IMG/VR virus record: IMGVR_UViG_3300020036_006490 | DNA length: 64,000 bases | Direction: 5' to 3' (one strand) | Origin: an uncultured virus (IMG/VR IMGVR_UViG_3300020036_006490) | Lineage: Duplodnaviria; Heunggongvirae; Uroviricota; Caudoviricetes; Crassvirales | Shown: piece after piece, positions 11,601 through 26,600 of the stretch | How positions within the stretch are numbered: the stretch's first letter is position 1 | Layout of the letters: the number at the start of each line of letters is the position of its first letter | The notes under the pieces: generated by a model | Seen by the model: the letters and a program-made list of their open reading frames with translations, nothing else | The model's database searches: none | Told to the model about the DNA's origin: nothing | Made by a program: the position numbers and the translations under genes

Positions 11601-14600
11601 GGAGAGTTGGAAACCTTGATAGAACTTATAGATGGCGGGCAGGGTGAAGAAGTTGCAGGGTTTTTAGATGATGAAGATTCCCCACTACATAATTTATTTA
11701 ATTTAGTAGATAAACAAAGGAATAATAGTAATGCTTCTCCAGAATTGAAGAAGGCTATAGTAGATACATATCAGCAATTTATTATAGATACGGCTAATAA
11801 GTTTTTAGAAGGTCCTGAATTAGCAGCCATCTTAGCAACTGATTTAAATTCTAATGAGGATGTCTTTAAACGTATTGTTTCTTTTGTAGTAGACATAGAT
11901 AATTCAGAATCACTTGTAAAGTTAAGAGAATTTGTATCTGAATATTTTGACAAAAATGGATCTAATAATTCGCAAGCTATTGAACAATTAAAGCAATTAA
12001 TAAATACTAAAGCACCTAAGTCTAGGATTCAAGATGATTTAAATGCAGTAAAAGAAATAAAAAGAAATCCAGATGAATTCAATATATCTGAAGCATATAA
12101 GAGCTTAACTAGTATTGCGCAGGAACTTATACCAATCTTTGCAGAATTAACAGATATCGCATTATTATATACTGGAGACGATCGTATAAAGGTTGCTCAA
12201 AATCACACTGTTAAAGATACTAACATAAATAACTACACGGATCTAGAAAAAGTATTTCAAGCTATATATGATTTAAAGAACGCTAAAAAAGTTTTTGAAA
12301 ATCGTAAAGATATATCAGATGAGTTTAGAACTAAGATGTTAGATAAGATAAATACTCAATTAACTCTATTAAATATTATAGAAGAAAGAGTACAAGCTAA
12401 TGTTTATAAATCCGATTTACAAAATCAATTATATTTAGATCATAAAACATTTGGGTTATTATCAGCATTTGGAATAATGACTAAAAATTCTGACGTTGAT
12501 CCAGAAAATGCTGTAGTTAAGCTATTTCAAGAGATATTAAAAGATACTGATATAAATGTTGTAGATGAATTAACGAGACATAGGGATTCAAAATCTCTAT
12601 CTGCATTAATGGGTTTCATATCTCTAGCACAAACTAAAGCTAATCCTGAGCAGATAAAAGAAATTAATACCTTGTTGGATAATTTTGCTGAGGGGTTACA
12701 ATTAGAGATTTTAAGTAAACATGCAAACTTGTTTAGAGGTAAGGAATCTGTACCTGGAACCTTTGCAGAATTTGCTAAAAATCCTTCAAAGAAAGCAAGA
12801 TCATTTTTCTTACATACTTTCTTTATGTTTGATGGTAGGAAGATTAAAGATAATAAAGTTCAAGAAGATAAGCTTAATGCATATAAACAAGATCCTAAAT
12901 CTGGATTTTTTCAAATTACAGAACACAATAATTTTTTAGAGGCGTTAAAGATAGCTAATGAAGATGTTAAGAGAGGATTAATATCTGAAGTAGAATATGA
13001 TAATTTAAAAATATTTGTAAATCAAATTTTAAGACCACTTCAAGGTATTGAAGCTCTAAAAAATAATTTAAATTCTAAATATTCTTACGCAACACTTCAA
13101 GAAGAAGTATTTAAAATTTCTGGACAAAAGAACTTAAACTTATCACAGCAACAGTTTGCAGCTATGATGGATAGTTTATTATTTTTATTGTCAGATAATA
13201 ACTCTAATGTAGATCAATTAGGATACGCTGCAGTATTATCTGGAGTTTTAGGATCTGGAAAATCTACATTAGTTGGATTACTTACTAATATCCATGCAAA
13301 ACTTACAGGAAAAGATAGTGTTAAACATGTATTAGGTACTGCACACGTTGATGTAGCATCAGAAAATATAAACAAACATATTGATTCAACTTCTACACAG
13401 AATAAAACAGTTGGGCAATTAACATCTGACGACTTAAAGGATACTGAAATCCTAGTTGTTGATGAAGCTTTTGCAATGTCAAATGATCAAATAGACTCAT
13501 TACATTTATTGATAAAAGAGATTAATGCTCTTAGAACTTCAAATAAAATAAAGGTATTATTTGTAGGAGATATGTCCCAAAATCGCTTAGACCAGGATCA
13601 TATTTTAGCAAGTGATACATTTACAAGAGATAATGGAGTTATAAAATCTGCACAAGCACTTACTATAATATCACCCCTAGCTACTATTTATAGAACATCT
13701 ATTGATGCGATAGCGTCTACTCTATTTAAATTTAAGGATTCTATTGAAGATATTGCAGCAGTAGATACAAAATCTACAATAACTTCTTTACAGGAGTATA
13801 CGAATCAAGCATTGGGTATTGTTCAAGTAAATTCTGAAGCTTTACCTCAATTTTTAGCAGCTAGAGATACTACAAGATCTGCATTAGTTATTGTAAATTC
13901 TTCTGAAGAAGTTGGAAAATTTATAGCTAGCCTTACTCAGTTTACACAAAAGTCTTTGAAAGAATTAAATATAGAAGTAAAATCATATTATGATGTTCAA
14001 AGTTTAACTAGAGATGAGGCATATATCCTATTAGATAAAACAAAACCAGGGCATCACGGCCAAATGTTTACTAATAAAACATTTAATAGCGCTATGTATA
14101 CTTCTATTGGTAGAGCTAAACAATTTGTAGGAATATCTGGAAATAGCGTTATAGTTAATTCAGAGAAACAAGAATTAGATGATGCAATATCTATAGGAGA
14201 AATTATTAAGCAGAAACTAAAAGATGCTACAACTAATTTCGAAAATGGATTCATCTACGCAATGGGTAAATATTTTGATAAAGCAGTAACTAAAAACACC
14301 ACTAAAGAAAAAGAAGCTGAAAAAACTGAAGAGACTGATGTTGTACCTATTGATATAGATAAAGATGATAAAGAAGATTTAGATGAAGATAATAACCCTA
14401 TTCCGGATCAACCTGAGGATGAAGATTATACAAATCCTGATGGAACATCTAATGATATTATAACAGAGATAGGGTCTAAGACAGATTCTTCATTGTCTGC
14501 AAGATTGAACAATACTAATAATGCAGCTATAAAACGTGTATTAAAAGGGCGGACATCGACAGATGGTGTCGATGCTATAGTTGTTAAAAGAGAAAAAGTT

Positions 14601-17600
14601 TTACCCACAGGTGGAACACAAATAATGTATTCTATAATGGTTCCAGATATATCTGGTAACTATCATGAAGTTGCTGTATTAGATACAGAAGAACTTAATG
14701 GAACGTTTGTGTCATTAATTAATGATAATATACCAGTATTAGATGTCTTTAGAGAAGGTTTGAGGGAATCAGATTTAGCTCCACATCAAGTAGGGAGATT
14801 TAAGCTCTCTTATTTATCCAATGGAAAATATGATAATACTGGAGAGGAGAAAAATACAAATTTATCAGATCTAGTAATTCAATGGGCTAAAGGTTTTTAT
14901 GGAGATAATTGGAAAGACTCTCCTCTATTTAATAAAGACGGATCAATCGACTGGTCGAAGTTCCAAACATCTGTAATAACTAGAAAATTGTATGATCAAC
15001 TAAAACTATCTGAAAGAGGATTCTCTGCAGGAATTTTAGGGGCTACTATATTGAGAATAAAAGAGTATAATCCTAAAGCTCCAAAATCCTTAGATCAATT
15101 TATTATATTAAACACACAACAAGCACATTTATCAAAAGGGTGGTACAATAAGACAGTTGCACCAATTCAAAAATTCTATGCAGCTACAAAAGCTGTAGAA
15201 GATATCCTAGTGGCAGAACCTTTTGTTACAGCAAATGTTAATGATTATAATTTATATTTAGGGGATTCTAAATTAAGATTTAATACAGATCTATTAGACG
15301 CCTTTGCTAGAGAAGCCTACACTTATGGTGATGTCGCATTACGAAAAAATTCATTAGAAATTCTTAGAAATATATTAAGTGGAGATGCTTTGAAATTTAA
15401 TATGAAAAACATTTCGGATGAACAACTTTTAAAATTGCAGGATGCTTTGCATGAATTAGTAGGCTTAGCTTATATTAAAAAATCTAAGCAGCTAGTAATT
15501 CCAAACACACCAGAAGCTATCAAAGAATTAGAAGATACTTATGGAAAAGGGTATACATTTGATTTAACTACCCACCCTACTCACAATAAAAAGCCAAATA
15601 CTAAATTCATTATAGTAAAGGTTTTGAATGAAAATAATGAACCTATTAAATTTTTAGTACAGAGCCATAGCTTAGGGAATTCTGAAGTACAAAAAGCTTT
15701 TAAAAATTTCTCAAGAAATGCAGGGGATAGAAAATTTAAGGGTCATACATTAAATGTAACACATACATATACAAAAGAAGGGCGTAACGGGTTAGAAGTT
15801 GAAAAAGTATCTTCACCTAAAACTTTAGTATCTCTACGAAGAGGTTCTAAAAATGGTAAGACAGGTCAAAGTTCTATAGGTTGGTATGGATTAATGAAAG
15901 CTAGATTTAGATGGATGATATCAGAACATCCAAATGGTACTAGATATGCTGAAAATGTACAAGATAAACAAGCTCTTTCTACATTAAGAAAAGAATTTAA
16001 TAGGATTATTGATACTGAATTTAATGGGAAGGGTAAATATATAGGAGGTAATGACGAACTAATAGAAAGATTGTCTAGAGATTTTCCAGAAGAAATGAAT
16101 CACGTTTTGGATTCATTATATGATGAATCTACAGTTCCTGTAACTTCTACTCTACTTCAAGCGATATCTGAAATTGCTGAAAATACTCCAATATATTTAG
16201 ATCCTCAACAAAAAGTTAATCCAGATGGTTCAGTAAGTGAAGGAGAACCTACGCCTCTTAGAATTAATATGGATGCAGGTATAGGTAGTAGGGTGATGAC
16301 TGATAGTAAAACTAGAGATTTCGTAGAATCAGCCACTACGAATCGCTTCATTAACTACACTCCAGGGGGTGTTGAACTAGAACTAAAAGAAAAGCCTAAT
16401 GATGGTGAAACTTTAAAATCAGCTTCATTAAAAAGAGTAAATGCTAACATAAATAATGAAGAAGCTGTATATAAAAAAGTTTCATATAATCCAAATGTAG
16501 ACACTATTGTGGAACAGCATATAAAAGTTATTGCTGATATGGTTAAAGATCACTTAGGATCTATTAACTTTTTTGTCGACGAGAAACAAGGTGATGCTCT
16601 TGGAGGGGTTACTTACTTTAGAGATGTAGATAATAATCCAGTTGTTTTATTTGGTAAAGAAACTATAGGCCTATCTTTATTTTATCATGAAGTAATCCAT
16701 GCTCTTACTCAACAAGTAATATTAAAAGATGATAAGGACTGTACAGAAAAAGAATTATTATTCAAGAAAAGAATATCTAATATCTTTAATTTATTTAAAG
16801 ATAATCTAAAGGATTATTCTGATTTAAGTATAGAAGATATTTTAGGAAGTACTTGGTCAGACTTAGATGAACACGAATTTATTGCAAACTTAACTAATAC
16901 GAAATTAGTTGAGATTTTACAACAGATGAAGGTTCAAGATATTAAATCTAAGAATCTATTTCAAGCAATACTAGATGCTATTTTAAATTTATTTGGTTTA
17001 ACAGAAAAAGATAATCCAGATTTATATGAATTAACTCTTAAATCTCTTTCAGACTTAATTACTAAGGATGCTGCAAATAGTGGTCCAGATGTAATAATAG
17101 CACCTGTACCAATTGATGTGATACCATTACCTTCTGAAAAGAAGCCATGGAAAGCGCGAACTAAACAAGAAACAGAAATTTCAAATTTAGAATATAAAAT
17201 TAGAGCTTTAGATATTGCTGATGATTCAGCAACTAAAGAAATAGAAAGATTAGAAGAAGCTAATAAACAACTTGAAGGAATAATTCCTGAAATACAAGAA
17301 GCTTTAGACAATGTTAAAAAGAAATTAAAAGAGAAAAAAGAATCTAAAACCCCTGTAGTTGGCGAGCAAAATCAATCACCAATAACAGTACAACCTGATG
17401 AACAATTTCTATCAAATGTTGTAGAAAGTCAAGTAAGTATAGATGATATTGAAAATATAGCTGACGAGGAAGATATTGATGAAAGTGAAGTAGTAGATAG
17501 AATTAAACAAGAAGTACGTAACAGTATTGATAATCTTATACCTGCAAAACCTTTAGGTAAAACATTACAGAGAATCATAACTAAGATACTGAACTCGTTA

Positions 17601-20600
17601 TTCTCCTTTGCATTAGTAGTAACTACAATGTTCGGTAATTTACCCGGACTCAACGCGTATGATTATAGAGATAAAGTAATAACTACTGAATCTATAAGTT
17701 CTCAATTTATAGAAAGTAAAATTAAAAATTCTGAAGTATATCAACAATTAACGGAAGATGGTAAAATTATATTAATTAACCAAGCTAAATTAAAAAGTGA
17801 TAAACCATTTATTCTTGTAGATAAACCAACAGCTACTGCATATATCTTTAATAAAGATGGTGTATTACAGAAATCATTTCCTGTAGTATTAGGAGCAGCC
17901 ATAGGCGATTCTGCAAATCAAGCAGACGTTAATTCTACTAGACCTGGAAAATACGCAACAACTCCCGCAGGTAGATATAATTTAAAATATGGCGGAGGTA
18001 GTGAAGAAGACTATATTAATTATCACAACAAAGCGTATTACCTAACGGATAGTAAGACTGGTAAACTTGCAAAAAATGGAGTATCACTACATATTGTTTA
18101 TCAAGGAGAATTAGAGAAAAGAACAAAGGCTCTTAATACGCCAACTCCAAACGATAATAGATTATCTTGGGGTTGTGTAAATGTTGATGAAAAAATTTGG
18201 GATGAATCTATAGCACCTATAGTGGATAGTGGTTTAGATGTCATAATTACTAGAGATTTTCAAACAACTCCTTTCTTATCATTTTCTAATGATACTTCTA
18301 CAACAAATCGGATAGACGGAAGAGTAGCAAATATTATATCTGACTTGGAATTGAATAAAGCAAGTCTAGATTATGAATACTCAGAAAGAGCTCTTGAAAC
18401 CTTATTAGACAGAGCTCGAAAAGTTATGACTGATAACAGAGATATTATTAAAAAATATCAAGATAAAATTAATAGTAATGCGAAAGAAAGAACATCATTA
18501 CTAAAAGAATTAAAAAAATTAAAGAAAAATTTAGAACCGCAAGTAGAGGAGCCAAAACAGACCCCTAAACAAAGAGTTGATTCTTTTTCTCTAAAGGCTA
18601 GGAAATATATTAGTGAACATGGATGGTCCATGGAACCTTCCGAATTAATTAGATTTAATGAATTTTTAGAGAAAGTTGAAAAGTTTAAAGTTCCAGGAAT
18701 GGCTGTTAAATACATTGAAAAAGTATTACCTACTTTTAATACTACAAACAAGTTATTCCATTTAAACTTCTCAACAACTTTAGGAGCTGATTCCCAAAGC
18801 ACCTCTCCAGATAGTACTTTCTTAAAAGTTGCTAATCAAGGACTTATGTCTCTAACTAAAGAATTTGGTGGATCTGTAGCTCTTTTAAATGAAGCATTAT
18901 TCCAAACTAGAAAGTCTGTTTATGAGGCTATGAATGGTAATACCTTAACAGGATTAGCAGATCCTATTAGTTTTCAAAAAGCTAAAGGTATAGCTTATAA
19001 GAATTTGTCTGAAGATGCAGGAAATATGGTTCAACAGTTTCTAATTACATTAGAAAACTCTGGACCTCTTATTAATTCATTAAATATAGATTCTATACAA
19101 AAAGCTGTAAGAGTATTTGAAGAGAAAAGACAAGCACTATCTTTACTAGATGAGGGTACAGATTTATATAATGACACTGAAACTATTGTTGAAACTTTAA
19201 ATAATATTATTCTTCAATATAGAACACCTATTTTAGCTTTAGAGAAGATGGCTAATGATAAGAGTATATTTTTTAAATTATTAAATCAAGTATTTAATAA
19301 TTGGACAGTCTTTGAATTGACTCCTGAAGATGAGCAAACTGAAAAAGATCAAGCAAACTTAGCCAATGAAATTCAAAATAACGAAGAAGTTAACATAATA
19401 GAATCATTCTCTACAGAAGTTAAAAATTTCTTATCTCTAATACCTATAAGAGATGAAAATGATAGGATAGTTAGTTTTGTTATGCCTAAAACTGCAATAA
19501 CATTCTTGGCAGAATTATTACACGATGATATAGATTTATATAGTGTAGAATCTACAAGACAACTAAGAGTATCTTTAGTTACCATGCAAAGAAATGGAAT
19601 TATAGATAAATCTAAAAAAGCAATTTTAGATAAACTTATACAGACTATTGAGAGATTTAACCTATCTCAAAATGAAGTTGTAACAAGAGATAAACAAGGC
19701 AGGGAAACAGGTAGAAAGATAGAAAATATTTTACCTAAAACTACTACAATATTTATAGACTACTTTGGTGATCATTTAGATGCAATTAATATTCCAGTAT
19801 ATCTTATTCAAGCTGTAGATCCAGCAGATTCTTTAGATCTTACAGGAATGAGTCATAAAGAAGCTGTATATGAGTATGGTGATAGAGTTACTGTAACTAA
19901 GTATGCAGATATGGAAACTTTATTAAAAGCAAATCCTGAGGCTAATCAAGATTTACTAAAAAAGATGTATTATATTCATCAAGCATATAATGATTTAACA
20001 AATATTAAAGTATACTTAGGTAGCTTAATGAATGTAAATTATATTCAAGGTTCTGAAGATTCTTACTCCACGGGTTATGGTGAGGAAAGAATTCTAGATA
20101 GAAAAAGTTCATTAACTAGAGTTAGTGGTTCTAATATTTTAAATAAAAGTAAAAATCAATTAGCTAATCTATTAATAGATATCTTCTCAGGTTCTGCTTT
20201 TAGAATGAATGGTAAGGTAGTAACTGTAAATAAGAGTAATGTTAGGGACGTATTTTCAGGATTAATAAATAAATTATCAACTGATCCACAAAGTGGTGTT
20301 TTAGAATTACTGAAAATATTAAATAGTGCTAATCTTTTAAATTTTGATGATAGTGTAAAATCAACAATAGCTTACAATGAGTTAATTAAAAATATTGCTA
20401 CATCATTTGTAGAATTATATAATAAAGTTTTAGATGATAAAGAAGTTTTAAATAGAATCTTCGAGTTAAATAATTCAGAAGATAAACTAAATGAAACACA
20501 AATAGATCAACGTAGAGAACTTAATGCTTTATTTTATAGAGATGTAAAGTTTGATGCACTTGCTGTAAGTTTTAGACAATTAGCTAAAGCTCATGTGGAA

Positions 20601-23600
20601 GTTAGAGGTTTTAATTCTATTAAAACTGTAGATGGAAAACGTTTAGCATCGTTTATTCCTACTTCTACCTTTAGAGAAGTATTGAAAGATTATAGAAGAT
20701 ATAAAGAAGGAAAAACTTCTAGATTTTTGAATTCAGAATTTTTTGGAGAAAACATATTTTTAAATGGCGTAAACTCTATTAAAGATACTACAACACGTTT
20801 CTATGCTTTAGAAAGTGGGAGATATATTTATAATGCTACTGGGCTATCAGCAGCTAAAAAAGTTAGTATAGCTTTTAATGACGCTTTTATTTCATCTATA
20901 GCAAATACTGATGTTTATTTCCAAATGATATACCAACAAGGAGAAGCTACTAAACCAGAAATGCCACAAGTATCATTCCTTAAATATGAAGGAATAGAAA
21001 AAGCTTTAGACTCTATGTTAAAACAACTTTTGGTTTTGGATACAGATCAAGTTGCTCAGAAAAAATATCAGAAAGAACATAGGCTGAATTTCTCGTTATA
21101 TGAAAATGCTAAAAAGGATTTAGGTAAAGAAGATTCTTCTTTAAGTGATGCTAATTATAGAAAACAATTAGTAGATCATATGATTAAGCAATTATTTTCT
21201 AGAGCTCAAGAAATGAGAAAAGGTCTAAAGTCATCTCAGATTCCATTAACAGGAAATCTAAGAAAAGCATACACTAAGGTAAAAGCTTCTTATGTTGATA
21301 GTAGAAGTAATACAGCATTAGCTTCAGTATTAGATTTTACACAATTGGCGGAAAATTTGGATGACTACTATCCGCATAGTACTAGCTTTAAAGATAGAAT
21401 CTACCCCGATGATAATGAATTAGACTTAATTTTATTTAGTTTTGTAGCTAATAATTATGTTAACTCTTTTGGTTTAAGTCAATTAGCTTATGGGGATTTT
21501 AATATGTATGGAGATATTGAAACTCTAGTTAAGAGAGCTCAGATGAGTGCATCTCCTGGATATCTTCCATTAATACATTCAAAATATGGTGTAGAGAGGT
21601 ATGCTAATATCTTAATGGGTACGGATGTCGAAACACCTGGTTCTGAGTATATGAAATTATTAGGAAATTTTAATTTATCTGCAAGGGAAATAGAAGAAAT
21701 TAGAGATCAATTACGTGATGGAGATAAATTCGATTCTATAGAGAGAACAGATGGTGTAGTATTTGTGACTCCAAGATACTTTGCAAAATTACAAAAATCT
21801 TTTGGATCTGGATTGAACTTAAGGAATGTAATGAAAGACCAAGCTTTTGGCTGGTCTGAAGAAATTATCGCAGATAAAGAACATTACTTTGCAACTAAAG
21901 AGGAATTATATAAATATCTTAAAGAGACAAAGGGTTTAGAGAAACCTATTCAAAATACACACTATATAGAAGAACTTGCTGAAGGATATAAAGATGTTAT
22001 ATCTGGCTATTATCCAACAAAAGTTAAGATGCAACCAGTTGGATTAAAGAATGCTATGGTTGTTCTAGATGAGGCATTTATTCAGCAGAATAGTGCAAGT
22101 AGAGAACAATTAACTAAGCTTAAAAAATTATTAGATACTGCAGAAGTCAATGGTAAAAACATAGATATGCTAGTATTTAAATCATCTAATAAAGTAGGAG
22201 CAGAATCTACTCATAATATATTTGATAATGATGGAAAATTAATAGAAAATTCTGAGCAAAATATCGAAGATTCTATCATTAAGTTGGATATGTCTTTGTT
22301 TAAAATCCAATACAATCCGCATTCAGAAGATACTACAACAGCAGTACCTAGACAATTATTACATTTTGCTAATACTATTGTAGATTCACCTAATAGTCCC
22401 GAAGCGCAAGAGTTGTATTCAACTTTAGCATCTATACAAAATCTTTCTTATTTAAATAAATTTGGTTCTTATGATTTAGATATGTCTACTATACGTGGAA
22501 TGTTTGAATCTACAGTGCAAAAAGGAGATGAGAATTTTGTTATCCTTTCTGGTATAAGTGCTGGGTTACCATTAGATCACCCATCTTTAGCAGTTAAGGC
22601 TATATCATCTTTAGGATCTACTTTAAACTCTATAGCTTCTAGAATTAGAGTGCCTGGAGGGAAATTGATACTAAGATCAGATATAGGTTATGAATTAAAG
22701 GATGGAAAAACAAAAAGAAAATTAACTATAGGGACTAGTGAACTAGGAACTCCTTATGCAGAAGCTGTTATTCCTGCACATTTCTTAACATCTGCGCAAA
22801 AAGACGCTATAGCTTCAGGTAAACCTTTATTTATAATACCAGAGATGTTTGGATTTAGAATACCTTCTGGAGATATGAATGCAGGATTAATGATAAAGGT
22901 TGTTGATTTCTATGAAACTGAAGGTAGATCTAATATTGCAATACTTCCAGATTTAGAAATCTTTAAACAAGGTTGGGATTTTGATGTGGATGCTCTATTT
23001 TTACTAAACTTTGCAGAGCTAGATAAAGATTATTCTATAGGAAAATTAAATCTCACCAAAGGTTCTCTACCTGGATTTGAATTATCTAAAGATGGTAAAT
23101 CTGTTTATAATATTCTAAATGGTGACAGCTTCGAAGAATTTGAAAAAGACTTAATAGCTGAAGTTAAAAGTGCTAATAATAGAATAGATAGTATAGAAAA
23201 TAAATTACAAAGCTTTAAAACAGCAGAATCTAAAGAATCTTTAGAATATAAAGAATTAAGTAGTAATCTTAGACGTGAAAAGAAAGCAATAAAAGATTTA
23301 AATAAAATTAGAATTACTGCTCTAAAAAACAGATTTGTAAGAGGATTCTTTATGCTATATAATAATCCTAAAAATGCTGGTAGGATATTAGATGTTACTA
23401 CAACAAAAGTTATTGACAATGCTATAGCTATGTTACGTAAAGACGGTCTATACGACGAAACTCCAAGTATGGATCTATCATTCCTAGAAGACAATATAGC
23501 TCAGTATTTAAATGTAAATGAAGCATCTAAAGCCATAGGTATCTATGCTAAGGGTTCTAGTGTAAATGCATACATAGGACACGCAGGTCAATTGGGCACT

Positions 23601-26600
23601 AACAATAGACCACAAATTGGTGAGGAGATGCAGTTCACTATGAATGGTGTTTTAGTAGATAGGATTGATCCTGTAACATATGCATTTGGTAAGAAGACTT
23701 CTGCTTATACTTTAAATAATAAACTTCTAAATGCATTCTTAGATGCATTAAAAAATCCAAAGATTTTTACAATAGGTTTTAATGGAGCTAATGCTAATTT
23801 AGTAGATTCGGCTCTATCTGTAGGTGGATTGAATTTTGAAGATGTAGTATTGATGTTTAATCACCCTTTAATAAAAGAAGCCTTTAAGAAAAGATCTTTC
23901 AATGATTTAATGAAAGAGGTTGAAAAATCAGTTGTAGACGCTGAAGGTAAGTATAAAGAAAGTTTCTTAAAATTAGCAGTTACAACTAATGATTTAAAAG
24001 AAGCATATAAAATACATAAAGCAAATTTACTTTCAGAAGTAGCTATAGCTAAAGATGATACTGCAGATGCTACTTTTAAACAGAGTGATGATGATGCTTT
24101 ACAAACTTCAGAACAAATACCATCATCTGAAGAAACTACATCAGAAGGATTCAAGCAAGAAGATAATTTAGGACTTGATACAGATGATGCACTAACAAAG
24201 ATGTTACAAGTATTGCTAAAAATACATAAGATATCAGGTCAAAAATTCAAATACATAGCATTAATTAATAATGCACAAGACAAACCTTCTTCACTTTCTG
24301 ATATATTTAAATGGGAAACAGACATTAAGAAATTATTTAATGAAGAATTTTTAGAAGATTTAGTAAGCAAAGCAGCAATCTTAGATTCTAAGAAAACTGT
24401 AGATGATTTATATAAAAATTTAAAAAGTTTAATAGGTGACCTTAGAGAAAAGAATTCTAAGAAAACTATTTTGGCTCCAGATGTACAATTTGATACTGAA
24501 AAGATCTTAGAAAAAACCCCTCATTTAATTGTATCTCTAATGCAAACGTTGATTCATATAGAAAATTTAAAAAAGAATTTTGCTATTCTTTCTCCAAATG
24601 CATTAGCTGTTGCAGGTTCATTCTTACCTACTTTAGATGCCCAGAGAGCTGATTCTAATTCCGCAAAAATGTTATCTGTATATACATTATCAGACATGCT
24701 AATATCTAGTTTTGTTTCTGATTTAATTAATACAAGAGGAGCTACTATTAGTAAATATAATTCTAAAGAATCTGAATTAAGCAGAAGATCTTATGAGGGT
24801 ATTGCAGCATTTAACCATAAATTTGCGCAGAAAATAAAAGCTGTTGAAGAATTAGAATCTAAATTACAGTTAAAGAATAAATACTTTAGAAAAAATATAT
24901 TCCTAGAACATATTCTCGTAAATATTGGTAATCTAATTCAAGTAAAAGCTTCTGAAGCATATTCTATAGCAAATTTTGAAAGTGTTGATTATTTCACAGC
25001 ATTTAATAATCTATCTAGATATGCATTTGAAGAAGTGTTAGATGAGAATGGAAACTTTGTTGGATATTCAGCTTATGAAGATTTTGCACAAACTGAATCT
25101 TCTTTACAGCAAGATTTTGTAACATATGCCACATTTAAATATGGACTTAGAGCTGCAGGAAATAATTACATAGGGGCTATAGCTCCTGAATACTTAGCTA
25201 AATATACTAAGTTTATAAATAGGATGTATAAAATTTGGTTAACACGTAATCCAGATGTATCTAATCTTAAAGATCTATTTAAAATATATGCAGGATTAAA
25301 ATATTTCAAATCAGTTCCTACTGTAGCTAAGTACACAAAAGATGATACTGGTAATTACGAAACAACTCTTAGAGATAATAAAGATGGAGTATTCACTACA
25401 GCTTTAAAGAACGAGCTAAGAAAAGAATTTGGTAGAGATTTTTATTTTGACCATGCAATTATGTATGATTCTAAAAATGCTACACCTGATCTCTTTCTAA
25501 GACTCAATGATGAGAAGAATATTCAGAAGCAAAAATTTTTAGTGCGAGTAGCTGTACTAAAAGAAGGTGGACAAAAGGCTGTTGCATTATATCAAAAGAT
25601 ATCTCATGGTGAAACTTTACTAACACAAAGACCTTATAAAATAGCAGATCACTTTTTAACAGATAAGCCAACTATGAAATTTATACCTAGTGTTGGGTAT
25701 TTCATACATGATGAAACTGTTTTGGATTCTGAAGGAAATCAAGTAGCAAATGAGTTCTCTGTACCTTATAATAAAGAAACACATAAAGATCATAACTTAG
25801 CCCCACAGATTTATGGTACTTATTATGATGATGTTTTAAGACATAATTTATCTCTATTGGAATTAGTTAATTACGAGACTTATAAGGAAGATAATGTATT
25901 AAAATTTAGGGTTGTTCAATCAGATATAGGGTATAGGAATTTTGATGAGAGTACAAATAGGTACACTGATTCTAAGCAAACACAAGATGAAATAAATCAA
26001 AAGGATGTTAAACTTAGAAGACAATATTTTGCTATGCAAAAAGCTCCTATTGATTATTTTGATATATCAAAAGGATCTAGATATTTTGGACCTAATAATG
26101 TATTAGTACATATGACTAATGAGGTAAATATACCTCTTAACAAACAAGCTAAATTAGCACATTTCTCTAACAGAGATGGTAAACTTTCTGGAAAGAGGAA
26201 GAAATTGTCACAAATGGATTATTCTGAAATAGGAACAACTAATAAGTTAGTAACAGGCAAGAAAGGATTTGGTTTCCCTCTTGTTGTTAATCAAACAAAC
26301 GATTCTAAGAATCCTACCAAAGAGTTTAATGCTTCAAAATCTACAATAGTTAAAAGTTTAAGACTACTATTTACTGAAGCAAAAAATAATCCTGATAAGA
26401 TTTTCCAAATGGTATTTAATGATGTAGCAGATGGATCTAAATTGACTCTAGCTGAGTTTGCTTCTTATATTGTAAATGCAAAAGTTCCAATACCTTCTAA
26501 CATATTCATGAATCCTAAGCTATATAATGAAGTAAAAAGATTATCTGATATACAAAGAGAAGATAAATTAGTAACCCCTAAAGAGAAAGTAGTAGATTTG

